Position numbers and translations under genes: made by a program. A model generated the notes under the pieces. The model searched no databases and had not been told where the DNA came from. It was given only the letters and a program-made list of their open reading frames with translations. Source: a virus (lineage: Duplodnaviria; Caudoviricetes). Taken from it: a DNA stretch of 64,000 nucleotides. Below are positions 9,969 through 19,945 of the stretch, piece after piece. Positions within the stretch are counted from its first letter, which is position 1. Each line of letters opens with the position of its first letter. Where the stretch lies: the IMG/VR virus record IMGVR_UViG_3300032248_000400, positions 1 to 64,000 of that record; one strand, given 5' to 3'.

Positions 9969-11329
9969 CAAAATTAATTATATTTGATTTAGATGGTGTA
10001 CTAGTTTCGGCAAAACAAATACACTTTGATACTCTTAATAGAGCCTTATATGAAATAGACCCATATTACATTATATCCGAAGCTGAACATCTTTCAATAT
10101 ATGATGGATTAAAGACAACTCAAAAATTAGAACTGCTTACTAAGAATAAAGGATTAGATTCAAAATTTTATGATATTATTTGGAAAACAAAACAAGATTT
10201 GACGATTAGTGCTATTTCACAATTACAACCTGATTTAGAAAAAATTGAATTGTTTAAAGAATTAAGAGATAGAGGATATAAACTAGCATGCGCTTCAAAC
10301 TCAATTAGAAGGTCTGTATTAGTTATGTTAGCAAAGATAGGTATAATTGAGTATATGGATTTAATCCTCTCTAATGAGGATGTAAAGAACTCTAAACCAC
10401 ATCCTGAAATGTATTGGAAGGCAATGAGTATGATGGGATGTTTACCAGAGGAAACTCTTATTGTAGAAGATTCACCACATGGACTTTTAGCCGCAAGTAG
10501 AAGTAGAGCAAATATTTTGAGAGTAGATTCTCCAAAAGATTTGGTAATATCAAAAATTATTAGTAAATTAGATGAAACACAAAACACTATGAATATACCA
10601 AAATGGCAAGGAGGCAAGATGAACATTCTTATTCCAATGGCAGGAGCAGGAAGCCGATTCGCAACAGCGGGTTACACATTTCCTAAACCACTAATTGATG
10701 TAAAAGGAAAACCAATGATACAAGTTGTAGTTGATAATCTTAATATAGAAGCAACATACATTTATGTCGTTCAAAAAGAACACAGAGCAAAATATAATTT
10801 GGATACTTTGTTAAACTTAATTACTCCTAATTGTAAAATTGTGGAAATTGAAGGAATCACAGAGGGTGCAGCATGTACTACATTATTAGCAAAAGAATTT
10901 ATTGATTCGGATACTCCATTACTTATGGCAAACTCCGACCAATTTGTAGAATGGGATAGTAATGAGTTTATGTATAAGATGATTGAACAAAAAGTAGATG
11001 GTGGCATTTTAACATTCATTGGAACACATCCAAAGTATTCATTTGCAAAAGTAGATGAGTATGGATATGTTACTGAAGTCGCAGAGAAGAATCCAATTTC
11101 AGATATTGCAACTGTTGGAATTTATTATTGGTTAAAAGGTTCGGATTATGTAAAATATGCAGAACAAATGATTGATAATAATACTAAAACCAACAATGAA
11201 TTTTATGTATGTCCTGTTTATAATGAAGCCATTAATGCTGGTAAAAAAATTAAAATATTCAATATAGATAAAATGTGGTCATTAGGTACACCCGAAGATT
11301 TAAATTATTATTTAGAAAATTATAAATAA
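9965..11329 (+). CDS. HAD phosphatase fused to sugar-phosphate nucleotidyltransferase
   Basis: N-term DLDGVL, ASNS, KPHPE, VEDS; C-term PMAGAGSRF...PKPLIDV, TEGAACT, NSDQ, EK, LGTPEDL. Confidence 0.9.
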   Translation: MTKLIIFDLDGVLVSAKQIHFDTLNRALYEIDPYYIISEAEHLSIYDGLKTTQKLELLTKNKGLDSKFYDIIWKTKQDLTISAISQLQPDLEKIELFKELRDRGYKLACASNSIRRSVLVMLAKIGIIEYMDLILSNEDVKNSKPHPEMYWKAMSMMGCLPEETLIVEDSPHGLLAASRSRANILRVDSPKDLVISKIISKLDETQNTMNIPKWQGGKMNILIPMAGAGSRFATAGYTFPKPLIDVKGKPMIQVVVDNLNIEATYIYVVQKEHRAKYNLDTLLNLITPNCKIVEIEGITEGAACTTLLAKEFIDSDTPLLMANSDQFVEWDSNEFMYKMIEQKVDGGILTFIGTHPKYSFAKVDEYGYVTEVAEKNPISDIATVGIYYWLKGSDYVKYAEQMIDNNTKTNNEFYVCPVYNEAINAGKKIKIFNIDKMWSLGTPEDLNYYLENYK

Positions 11330-11946
11330 TGAAAATTGGCCTAAATATAGTTGGTATAACACATGATGATGGTAGACATACTAATTGGCAAAAATCAAAT
11401 ATAAAAGATAATATAATAAATATTCTTAATAAAAAATATGAAGTTAAAACATATTTGACCACATATTTTTCAGATAAAAATACAAAAAAAATAATAAAGC
11501 ATTATTCTCCAATTAATGTTAATATATTAGATTGGGAAAATAGTCACCAACTATTGACATATATTGAATCTCTAAAATCATTATTAAATGAAGATTTGGA
11601 TATAATAATTTCAACTAGATTTGATATATTTTTTAATCAAACATTTGATGAATTAAATATTGATTTTTCTAAATTTAATTTCTTATGTAAAGAATTAGAC
11701 CATTGGACTGATTATAAATTTACAAATGATAATTTTTACATTTTCCCTAAACAATATTTAGAAGAAGTTATTAACTCAATAGACGAAATGTATCAAATCC
11801 CACCTAGAAAACATTGTTCAGATATGCATGGGCTGTATAATTTTATTTCATCTAAAATAAATCCAAATAATATTCATTTTATTTCTGAAGACCATATGTA
11901 CTCCACAGAAAATAAATTTTATACTTTAACTAGATTTTTATCATAA
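11329..11946 (+). CDS. RFD-motif family protein 1 (putative transferase)
   Basis: MKIGLNIVG start and IISTRFDIFF shared with 14378, 16662 and 18508. Confidence 0.6.
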   Translation: MKIGLNIVGITHDDGRHTNWQKSNIKDNIINILNKKYEVKTYLTTYFSDKNTKKIIKHYSPINVNILDWENSHQLLTYIESLKSLLNEDLDIIISTRFDIFFNQTFDELNIDFSKFNFLCKELDHWTDYKFTNDNFYIFPKQYLEEVINSIDEMYQIPPRKHCSDMHGLYNFISSKINPNNIHFISEDHMYSTENKFYTLTRFLS

Positions 11947-11968
11947 TCAAAAAACAAATTAAAATAAA

Positions 11969-12000
11969 TTTGGAAAAGTTAAAAATTTTTATTAACTTGT
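11969..12000 (+). promoter_or_regulatory. Bacteroidota-type promoter upstream of the RLP operon
   Basis: TTTG 11969, N20, TAACTTGT 11993, in the only large gap of this part of the island. Confidence 0.5.
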
Positions 12001-12041
12001 ATAATATTAAATCTAATAAGATTAATTAAAAAATAACCATA

Positions 12042-12491
12042 ATGATATTAATATCACATAGAGGTAATACCAACGGAAAGTTTGAATCATACGAAAACGA
12101 ACCAGCATATATTGACAAAGCAATATTGGAAGGATTTGATGTTGAAATAGATGTGTGGATGGTTGAAGGTCAATTATTTTTAGGACATGATATTCCACAA
12201 TATGGTGTTTCACAACATTGGTTTAGCAAAAGATTACAACATTTATGGATACATTGTAAAAATATAGAAGCAGTGGAATGGTTTAATATGCTTAATAGTT
12301 ATCATTATTTTTGGCATGAAGGAGACACATTAACACTTACATCGATGAATGTTATTTGGGCATATCCTGGTAAACAACCAATCAAAGGAAGTATTGCAGT
12401 AATGCCTGAAATTCATAATGATGATTTGGAGAGTTGTATGGGAATTTGTTCGGATTATATAAACAATTATAAAATAAAAAATAATGAATAA
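12042..12491 (+). CDS. short PLC/GDPD-like phosphodiesterase
   Basis: ISHRGN, GFDVEIDVW, LGHD, WIHCKN. Confidence 0.75.
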   Translation: MILISHRGNTNGKFESYENEPAYIDKAILEGFDVEIDVWMVEGQLFLGHDIPQYGVSQHWFSKRLQHLWIHCKNIEAVEWFNMLNSYHYFWHEGDTLTLTSMNVIWAYPGKQPIKGSIAVMPEIHNDDLESCMGICSDYINNYKIKNNE

Positions 12492-12837
12492 ATACAAAAA
12501 AAATTATATCATATCTTCTCACAAATACTTTGAATTGTTTGGTAGTTATGATTTAAACGGATTAAAAGAAATCTATGATAGCAAAATCCATCTTATTGAT
12601 TGGAATGGTGAATGGTTAGGTTCAAAATCAGTATTAGAAATGAATGAGAATTTATTTAAAGCAACACCAATTATAACAGTTTTAGAAATAATTCAATCGG
12701 ATAAAGAAATTAATGATATTCAAAGAACTTATTGTAAAATTCAAATTGAAATAAATGGTGTTACATTAAAAGTAATGGATGTTATTGATTGGAATGATAA
12801 TCATCAAATTATTAAAATAGAAGCATTTAACGGATAA
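12484..12837 (+). CDS. SnoaL/NTF2-like protein
   Basis: DLNGLKEIY..I.L.DW, VMDVI.W....I.KIEAF pattern. Confidence 0.6.
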   Translation: MNKYKKNYIISSHKYFELFGSYDLNGLKEIYDSKIHLIDWNGEWLGSKSVLEMNENLFKATPIITVLEIIQSDKEINDIQRTYCKIQIEINGVTLKVMDVIDWNDNHQIIKIEAFNG

Positions 12838-12846
12838 ACATAAAAT

Positions 12847-13188
12847 ATGGATATATTTAAAATAGAAGAAATGAAAGGAGGTTGGTTTGCAGGAAATTTT
12901 GAACCAACTGCATTTAAAACTGATAAGTTTGAAGCCGCAATTCATAGTTATAAAATGGGTGAAATAAAAGAAGCACATTTTCATAAAGAAGCAACGGAAG
13001 TTAATTATTTATTAGAAGGTAAATTTGTTCTTCAAAATTATGATGGAAATGGTTCATCAAAAGAATTAAATAAAGGTGATGTATTTATTATACATCCGTT
13101 TGAAATAGCAGACCCTTTGTTTTTAGAAGATTGTAAAATAATAGTTATAAAAACTCCATCAGTAATTGGAGACAAATACATAGTATAA
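12847..13188 (+). CDS. cupin-domain protein
   Basis: GGWFAGNF, HFHKEATEVN, GDVFIIHP. Confidence 0.8.
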   Translation: MDIFKIEEMKGGWFAGNFEPTAFKTDKFEAAIHSYKMGEIKEAHFHKEATEVNYLLEGKFVLQNYDGNGSSKELNKGDVFIIHPFEIADPLFLEDCKIIVIKTPSVIGDKYIV

Positions 13189-14376
13189 ATGATAAACATT
13201 TTTAGAAAAGAAGTAGATACAAATAAGTATTTTATTGTAACCTACGAATTAGCATCAGAAACAAATTTAAGAGATGCGGCATGGAATTTGGCAATAGGTC
13301 AAAGTGTAGGAAATCCAAATGTTAGAAACCAATGGGAAACTGATGAGTTGTTTGAAAATCATAGTTGTTTGGTATTGGCAAATGAAGATGAACTTAAATC
13401 TACCAATAGTGGATTGGTTAACATTGCATTTCCAATTGCAAATATTGATTTTAAAACCGATGGTATTTCACATTTATTAGTGAATATTATGGGTGGACAA
13501 ATGGACATTGATAACATTACTAAATGTGCCGTTAAAGATATTTTCTTTCCACAACATATTGAAGATTTATTCTTAGGGCCTAAATTTGGTATCAAAGGAA
13601 TTAGAGAATATACTAAAACATTTGATAAACCATTATTTGGTGCAATCGTAAAACCTAAAATTGGTATTAGTCCAGAAACATTGTTAGAAATGGTTAAAGA
13701 ATTAGTAGAAGGTGGAGTAAATTTTATTAAAGAAGATGAGATTATGAGTAATCCGGCTTTTTGTACAATTGAAGAAAGGGTACCATTGATTGCAGAATAC
13801 CTAAAAGATAAAAATGTAGTTTATTGTGTATCAATTCATTCAGATTATCCACACATTTTAGATAGAGTTAAAAGAGTATATGAATTGGGTGGTAATGGTG
13901 TTCATATCAATTTTTGGTGTGGATTGGGTGTTTATAAAGCAGTAAGAGAATTGGATTTACCTATCTTTATACACTTCCAAAAAAGTGGAGATAAAATTTT
14001 TACAAATAGAAACCATGCGTATTATATCGATTGGACTGTTGTATGTAAATTGGCAGGTATGATGGGAGTTGATTTTATTCATGCTGGTATGATTGGTGGA
14101 TATTACAAATGGCCAGAAGATGAAGTTATTGATTCAATGAAAGTATTACATCAATATGGTGTAATGCCTGCATTAAGTTGTGGATTTCAACCTGGTCTTA
14201 CTAAATGGGTAACCGATAGAGTTGGTATTGATTATATGGCAAATGTGGGTGGAGCTATACATGGTCATCCAATGGGAACATTATCTGGTGCAAAAGCAAT
14301 GAAACAAAGTATTGATGGGACATATGGTGATGAATATAATCATGCAATTGCAAAATGGGGATTAAAGACTAATTAA
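13189..14376 (+). CDS. RuBisCO-like protein (form IV RLP)
   Basis: GPKFG, IVKPKIG, GGVNFIKEDE, DFIHAG, LSCG, NVGGAIHGHP; lacks the E60, N123, R295 and K334 equivalents. Confidence 0.92.
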   Translation: MINIFRKEVDTNKYFIVTYELASETNLRDAAWNLAIGQSVGNPNVRNQWETDELFENHSCLVLANEDELKSTNSGLVNIAFPIANIDFKTDGISHLLVNIMGGQMDIDNITKCAVKDIFFPQHIEDLFLGPKFGIKGIREYTKTFDKPLFGAIVKPKIGISPETLLEMVKELVEGGVNFIKEDEIMSNPAFCTIEERVPLIAEYLKDKNVVYCVSIHSDYPHILDRVKRVYELGGNGVHINFWCGLGVYKAVRELDLPIFIHFQKSGDKIFTNRNHAYYIDWTVVCKLAGMMGVDFIHAGMIGGYYKWPEDEVIDSMKVLHQYGVMPALSCGFQPGLTKWVTDRVGIDYMANVGGAIHGHPMGTLSGAKAMKQSIDGTYGDEYNHAIAKWGLKTN

Positions 14377-14377
14377 T

Positions 14378-15058
14378 ATGAAAGTTGCATTATTATTAAC
14401 CGGATTACCTAGAAAAGTTGAAGAAGGTTATATTCATTATTGGAAACATATTGTAGAAAACTATAATACAGATGTTTACTTACAATATTGGGAAGATGAA
14501 GAATATGAAAAAGTTTTGCAAGTGTATAAACCTGTAAAATACATTCAGGAAAAACCATTTAAATTTACAAAATACAAAGAAGGAATTAATTCTTTTTTTG
14601 CAGATGGTGTTAGACCGGATGATATGTCCAGACCATTACCACAATACGATGTAGCTGGAAATTTTAGAGGATTTCCTATGTTTTATAGTTGGCAAATTGG
14701 ATATAATTTAATAGAAGGTGAATATGATTGTATTATAAGAAGTAGATACGATTTGGGTACACAAAATCCAATTAAATTAGAAAATTTAGATTTATCAAAA
14801 ATAAACATTTCAAATTGGCATTGGGGTGGTTCGGAAATAATGGATGATAATATTTGTATAACAAACCAAACATTATCAGATATATTATTTAAAGATGTAT
14901 TTGATGAATTTATAAATTATTCAAAACAAACAGGTAAAATATTTTTTCAAGAAAAGAATTTTACTGAAATTTTAAATAGAAAAAATTTAAATAACTATAT
15001 TTGTAAAACAAACGAATTGCCATTCACCTTATTAAGAGAGATGGGATTATGGTATTAA
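14378..15058 (+). CDS. RFD-motif family protein 2
   Basis: MKVALLLTG, IIRSRYDL. Confidence 0.55.
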   Translation: MKVALLLTGLPRKVEEGYIHYWKHIVENYNTDVYLQYWEDEEYEKVLQVYKPVKYIQEKPFKFTKYKEGINSFFADGVRPDDMSRPLPQYDVAGNFRGFPMFYSWQIGYNLIEGEYDCIIRSRYDLGTQNPIKLENLDLSKINISNWHWGGSEIMDDNICITNQTLSDILFKDVFDEFINYSKQTGKIFFQEKNFTEILNRKNLNNYICKTNELPFTLLREMGLWY

Positions 15059-15068
15059 AACAAAAAAT

Positions 15069-16259
15069 ATGAAAAAAATAAACACACCAATTCAATTATT
15101 TAAAGTGCATATGAATCCAAATGCAAAAATTGAAGTTGGTAAAATATTAGACAGTGGTTATATAGGACAAGGGCCTAAAGTAGATGAATTTGAAGTAAAA
15201 TTAAATGAATACTTTAATTCGGATAGAGTTGTAACGCTTAATTCAGGTACATCTGGATTACATCTTGCATTACATCTATTAAAGAAATCATCGAATCCAG
15301 TAACGGCCGATGGTTATTCGGTTCATGAAAGAAATTGGCCAGGTATTCAAAGTGGTGATGAAATACTTGCAACTGCATTAACTTGTACCGCATCCAACTG
15401 GCCTATACTTGCAAACGGATTAAAAATTAAATGGGTAGATATTGATGAGAAAACTCTTAATATGGACTTAGATGATTTAGAAAGAAAAATTTCACCAAAC
15501 ACAAAAGCAATTATTGCAGTACATTGGGGAGGGTATCCATTGGATTTAGATAGATTGAAAAAAATACAAGATAAATCATTTGAGTTATATGGATTTAGAC
15601 CTGCAATCATAGAAGATGGGGCACACTCATTTGGTTCCGAATATAAAGGAAAAAAATTGGGTAATCACGGAAATATGGTTATGTATTCTTTACAGGCAAT
15701 CAAACACATTACTGCAATTGATGGTGGATTATTAATATTACCACATCAGGATTTATACAATAGAGCAAAGTTAATTCGTTGGTATGGTATTGACAGAGGT
15801 GGTAATAGAAAAGATTTTCGTTGTGAAGCGGATATTGTAGAGTGGGGATTTAAGTTCCATATGAATGATGTATGTGCAACGGTTGGTATGGAGAATTTAA
15901 AAGACGCTGAAACCATTATTGGAAAACATAGAGCAAACGCTAAATTTTATGATGAGAATTTAAAAGGTGTTAATGGTGTAACTCTATTAGAAAGAAACCC
16001 AAACCATAATTCTGCATTTTGGATTTATAGTTTATTGGTTGAAAATAGAGATGGATTCTATAAACATATGAAAGATTGTGGAATTGTAGTATCACAGGTT
16101 CACGAAAGAAATGATAAACATACGGCAGTAAAAGAGTTTAGAAGTCCATTACCTACATTGGATAGAGTATTACCAAAAGTAGTTTCAATACCAGTAGGTT
16201 GGTGGATAACCGAAGAAGAAAGACAATACATCGTTGATTGTATTAAAAAAGGTTGGTAA
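15069..16259 (+). CDS. DegT/DnrJ/EryC1/StrS PLP sugar aminotransferase
   Basis: NSGTSGLHLAL, VHWGG, IEDGAH, SLQAIKHIT..DGG. Confidence 0.95.
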   Translation: MKKINTPIQLFKVHMNPNAKIEVGKILDSGYIGQGPKVDEFEVKLNEYFNSDRVVTLNSGTSGLHLALHLLKKSSNPVTADGYSVHERNWPGIQSGDEILATALTCTASNWPILANGLKIKWVDIDEKTLNMDLDDLERKISPNTKAIIAVHWGGYPLDLDRLKKIQDKSFELYGFRPAIIEDGAHSFGSEYKGKKLGNHGNMVMYSLQAIKHITAIDGGLLILPHQDLYNRAKLIRWYGIDRGGNRKDFRCEADIVEWGFKFHMNDVCATVGMENLKDAETIIGKHRANAKFYDENLKGVNGVTLLERNPNHNSAFWIYSLLVENRDGFYKHMKDCGIVVSQVHERNDKHTAVKEFRSPLPTLDRVLPKVVSIPVGWWITEEERQYIVDCIKKGW

Positions 16260-16678
16260 TGAATTTAAGACAATTATCCATATCAGATTTATCATTTTTG
16301 TTAGAAGTCAGGAACGATGAAACAACAAGAGTAAATTTAGAAAACGATTCGGTATTTACATTAGCACAATGTGAAGAATGGTTTTTAATTAGGGAACCAA
16401 AGTGGTATATAATTGAAATTGATGGTAGTAGGGTTGGGTATATCAGAACAAATGGTGTTGAAGTTGGTATAGATATTCATCCAAATTATAGAAGAAATGG
16501 ATATGCAAGAGAAGCATATAAACTTTATTTAAAAGATAAACAATATGCATCTCTTTGGGTATTTGTTGATAATTTTGCCAAAACACTTTATACTCGATTG
16601 GGATTTATAGAAAACGGAAATAAAAAAATAATTAGAGATAGAGAATACATACAAATGATTTATGAAAATAGGAATTAA
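16259..16678 (+). CDS. GNAT N-acetyltransferase (PseH-like)
   Basis: IHPNYRRNGYAREA acetyl-CoA motif; TAATG coupling to the aminotransferase. Confidence 0.82.
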   Translation: MNLRQLSISDLSFLLEVRNDETTRVNLENDSVFTLAQCEEWFLIREPKWYIIEIDGSRVGYIRTNGVEVGIDIHPNYRRNGYAREAYKLYLKDKQYASLWVFVDNFAKTLYTRLGFIENGNKKIIRDREYIQMIYENRN

Positions 16679-17375
16679 TTTAGTCGGCATATCTTATAAC
16701 GATGGTATAAATGGTGGTAGATATAGAAATTATCAGGATGCCATAGATGGATTTATGTTGAATATTGTCAATCCTTTAAAAAAAGAAGGCCACGAAATAA
16801 TATTTTACATTTATAGTTACGATAATATCAAAAAAAATGATATTTTAGAAGCATATCAACCTGTTAAAAAATATCATTTTACAGAACCATCAAATATAAC
16901 AATGGCCGGCCGAGATAAGTTACCAAATGGATTTAAAATGGTATCTTCAATGTATATTGGTAGTTTAATTGAACTTAAAGATGAAAATTTAGATTTAGTA
17001 ATATCAACTCGTTTTGATATTAATTTTTTGAAAAATCCATTTAAAAAATATAATTATGATTTTACCAAATTTAATTTTTTATGGAGAGAACCTTACTTAA
17101 CTCATATACCACTTATAACAGATGTATTTGTAGTATTTCCATATTCAATGTTAGATAATGTAATTGAATCTATTAAAGAACTGGAATTTAATCCAAAAGA
17201 TGATATAAATATTTCAATGCACAATTGGTATGCACCTATGGTAAATCAAGTTGGAAAAGAAAATGTTCAATGGGTTTGTGATGAATTTCCTGATTCAATT
17301 AGTAATGATGTATATAAATTAATGAGAAGTGAAGAGGGCCAGATTATTTACAATGATGGCCAAAAAGCCAATTAA
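16662..17375 (+). CDS. RFD-motif family protein 3
   Basis: MKIGINLVGISY, LDLVISTRFDINF; close paralog of 18508. Confidence 0.6.
   Translation: MKIGINLVGISYNDGINGGRYRNYQDAIDGFMLNIVNPLKKEGHEIIFYIYSYDNIKKNDILEAYQPVKKYHFTEPSNITMAGRDKLPNGFKMVSSMYIGSLIELKDENLDLVISTRFDINFLKNPFKKYNYDFTKFNFLWREPYLTHIPLITDVFVVFPYSMLDNVIESIKELEFNPKDDINISMHNWYAPMVNQVGKENVQWVCDEFPDSISNDVYKLMRSEEGQIIYNDGQKAN
17248..17288 (+). repeat. 41 bp exact direct repeat, copy 1
   Basis: AAGTTGGAAAAGAAAATGTTCAATGGGTTTGTGATGAATTT, identical at 19094-19134. Confidence 0.95.
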
Positions 17376-17388
17376 AAAAATAAACACT

Positions 17389-18498
17389 ATGGAAAATAAT
17401 AGAGAACATTGTGTTTTGTGTGGTTCTGAAATTGTAGACAAATATACAACTAAAATGCCTGTATTTATGGGCACTATTGAAAATATTTTTAATTATAAAA
17501 CAAATTCTTATACAATATGTGAATGTGTTAAGTGTGGTGAAATTATGATTAAAGAACTATTAAATTTAAAAGATGTTTATTTAAATAATCATAATATTGA
17601 TGTTGTTGGTAATCTATGGAGTAATCATTATAATCAGTTTTCAAATTTTATTTTAAATGATATTGAAGATAAAATAATATTGGAAATTGGCGACCCATCT
17701 GCAAAAATTGCAAGTATATCTAAAAAATTTAAAAAATGGTATATTGTAGAGCCAAATTTTAACAAATCAAATACGGATAATATTATTTTTATAAATAATT
17801 TTTTTGATAATTCATTTGATACTATAAAAGATGTTGATGTTATTATCCATTCACATTACTTTGAACATTCATATGACCCAAATCAATTTTTAAAAAAATG
17901 TAATGAAAATTTAAAAAATGATGGAACTATGTTTATGAGTGTTCCAAATATGGAATATCTTTTAAATAATAAAAAACAAATAGCATCTATACTTCATTTT
18001 GAGCATACGTTTTATTTAAATGACGAAATTATTACTTATTTATTAAATAAAAATGGATTTTCAATTGAATTGAAAGAAAATTATGAAAATCATTCTATTT
18101 TTTATAAAATTAAAAAAACAGACAAATCAATAAAAAATATAAAATTAAAAATTTCATCTAAATTTAATAATACTTGGAATAAAACATTAATTAATATTCA
18201 AAATATAAATAACATATTAAAAAATATCAATCATACAAATATTTACATTTATGGTGCACATGTAAATACACAATTTTATTTATATAATGGAATTGATATT
18301 AATAAAATAAAAGGAATTATAGATAATTCAAAAAGCAAAAAAAATAAAATACTTTATGGAACTAATAAAATGGTTAATAGTCCAGATAGTATTGAAAATA
18401 TGGATGAATGTATTGTTATTTGTAGTCACACCGGTGTATATTATAATGAAATATCACAACAATTAAAAAGTATAAATAAAAAAATAAAAATAATATAA
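17389..18498 (+). CDS. class I SAM methyltransferase, sugar C-methyltransferase-like
   Basis: N-term CxxC...CxxC, ILEIG, SHYFEH, C-term IYGA domain; start trimmed to ATG 17389. Confidence 0.8.
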   Translation: MENNREHCVLCGSEIVDKYTTKMPVFMGTIENIFNYKTNSYTICECVKCGEIMIKELLNLKDVYLNNHNIDVVGNLWSNHYNQFSNFILNDIEDKIILEIGDPSAKIASISKKFKKWYIVEPNFNKSNTDNIIFINNFFDNSFDTIKDVDVIIHSHYFEHSYDPNQFLKKCNENLKNDGTMFMSVPNMEYLLNNKKQIASILHFEHTFYLNDEIITYLLNKNGFSIELKENYENHSIFYKIKKTDKSIKNIKLKISSKFNNTWNKTLINIQNINNILKNINHTNIYIYGAHVNTQFYLYNGIDINKIKGIIDNSKSKKNKILYGTNKMVNSPDSIENMDECIVICSHTGVYYNEISQQLKSINKKIKII

Positions 18499-18507
18499 AA
18501 ACAACTT

Positions 18508-19182
18508 ATGAAAATAGGAATCAATTTAAACGGAGTATCGTATCACGATGGTTCAAGTTATAGACGTAGAAATTACGCAGATTCAATTGAAGGATTTACA
18601 AATAATGTAATTAATCCACTTAAAGAAGCCGGACATGAAATATCATATTATTTATTTACATATGAGTCAGAAAAAAAGGATGAAATATTAAAAGCATATA
18701 ATCCAGTAAAATCAACATTCATTGCAACTGAAAGTAATTATAATAATTTAACAAGTGGTGATAGACTTCCAAATGGTTATAGAATGATGACGTTAACAAC
18801 AATAAATTCATTAAACGAATTAGTAGAGGAAGATTTGGATTTAGTTATATCTACAAGATTTGATATTAATTTTTTTAAAAATCCATTTGAAGAATACAAT
18901 TATGATTTTAGCAAATGTAACTTTTTGTGGAGAGAACCCGAATTTACTGATTTACCAATAGTTAATGATACGTTTATTGTATTTCCACATCATATGATTG
19001 TCAGTTTAATGGAATCACTTATGGAACAAGAGGAAAATCCACCATATGGTGTAAATCCAGGAAATCATAACATTTATTTACCAATGATTAATAAAGTTGG
19101 AAAAGAAAATGTTCAATGGGTTTGTGATGAATTTGTAAATGTTAATACTAATACTTTATATAAATTAATGAGAAATGAGTAA
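18508..19182 (+). CDS. RFD-motif family protein 4
   Basis: MKIGINLNGVSY, LDLVISTRFDINF. Confidence 0.6.
   Translation: MKIGINLNGVSYHDGSSYRRRNYADSIEGFTNNVINPLKEAGHEISYYLFTYESEKKDEILKAYNPVKSTFIATESNYNNLTSGDRLPNGYRMMTLTTINSLNELVEEDLDLVISTRFDINFFKNPFEEYNYDFSKCNFLWREPEFTDLPIVNDTFIVFPHHMIVSLMESLMEQEENPPYGVNPGNHNIYLPMINKVGKENVQWVCDEFVNVNTNTLYKLMRNE
19094..19134 (+). repeat. 41 bp exact direct repeat, copy 2
   Basis: Identical to 17248-17288. Confidence 0.95.
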
Positions 19183-19942
19183 ATTAATAAGTGGTTATTT
19201 ATGGGCGTGGACAAACTATGAAGCCGGTCAAAAATCGGTTGGTAGTTTAAAGAAATTTTATCCAGATGCGGATATTTTTATAAATGTAGATTATGATGGA
19301 GATGTAACAAATTATGAAAAAATTTGTGATAAAAATGGATATACATTTAGTAGAAATAATTTTCAATTAGGATATTGTGGAAACTTTGGAAGTATAAATG
19401 TTGGTAGAGATTGCTGGTCAAAGGAATCTACTTTTGAATGGGTTAGGGGAATATATGAAGCATGTTTTAAAACTGATTCAAAATATATTATACTATTAGA
19501 AGAGGATGATTTTATATTAAAACCAATTTCACAATTGCAAGAAGATGTTTCAATATCAATTCATCCAACGGCACCATCACCAACAGGTAGAAATAGACCA
19601 AATGCAATACCAAACGCATTTACATTATATATAAATGATAATGATGGAAATCCTCTTTCACCAGGATATGCAGCAGGCGGTGGATGTTTTTTTAATAGAG
19701 AAGAATTCATAAAAGCTTGGGAAAATAATAAAGAAAAACTTTGGAAAGATTATGATTATTTAAAAAGTATAGACAAAATTATTGGTTGGGCCGATTATAT
19801 ATTACAATTCATCATGCAATTGGAAGGATATGAAGTAGTTCAAAATCACAAATTGTGTGAACATTGGGAATTAGGAGATAAATGGAATGAATTTGAAATC
19901 GTAACAGGAATGAAAGATGTTGAAATAATAAAAAATTTATAA
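19175..19942 (+). CDS. GT-A-like protein
   Basis: YIILLEEDD, GGG, GWAD; island context. Confidence 0.55.
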   Translation: MSKLISGYLWAWTNYEAGQKSVGSLKKFYPDADIFINVDYDGDVTNYEKICDKNGYTFSRNNFQLGYCGNFGSINVGRDCWSKESTFEWVRGIYEACFKTDSKYIILLEEDDFILKPISQLQEDVSISIHPTAPSPTGRNRPNAIPNAFTLYINDNDGNPLSPGYAAGGGCFFNREEFIKAWENNKEKLWKDYDYLKSIDKIIGWADYILQFIMQLEGYEVVQNHKLCEHWELGDKWNEFEIVTGMKDVEIIKNL

Positions 19943-19945
19943 AAT

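Noticed and set aside
13189-14376. CO2-fixing RuBisCO auxiliary gene
   Set aside because: Equivalents of E60, N123, R295 and K334 are missing, and no small subunit or PRK is present.
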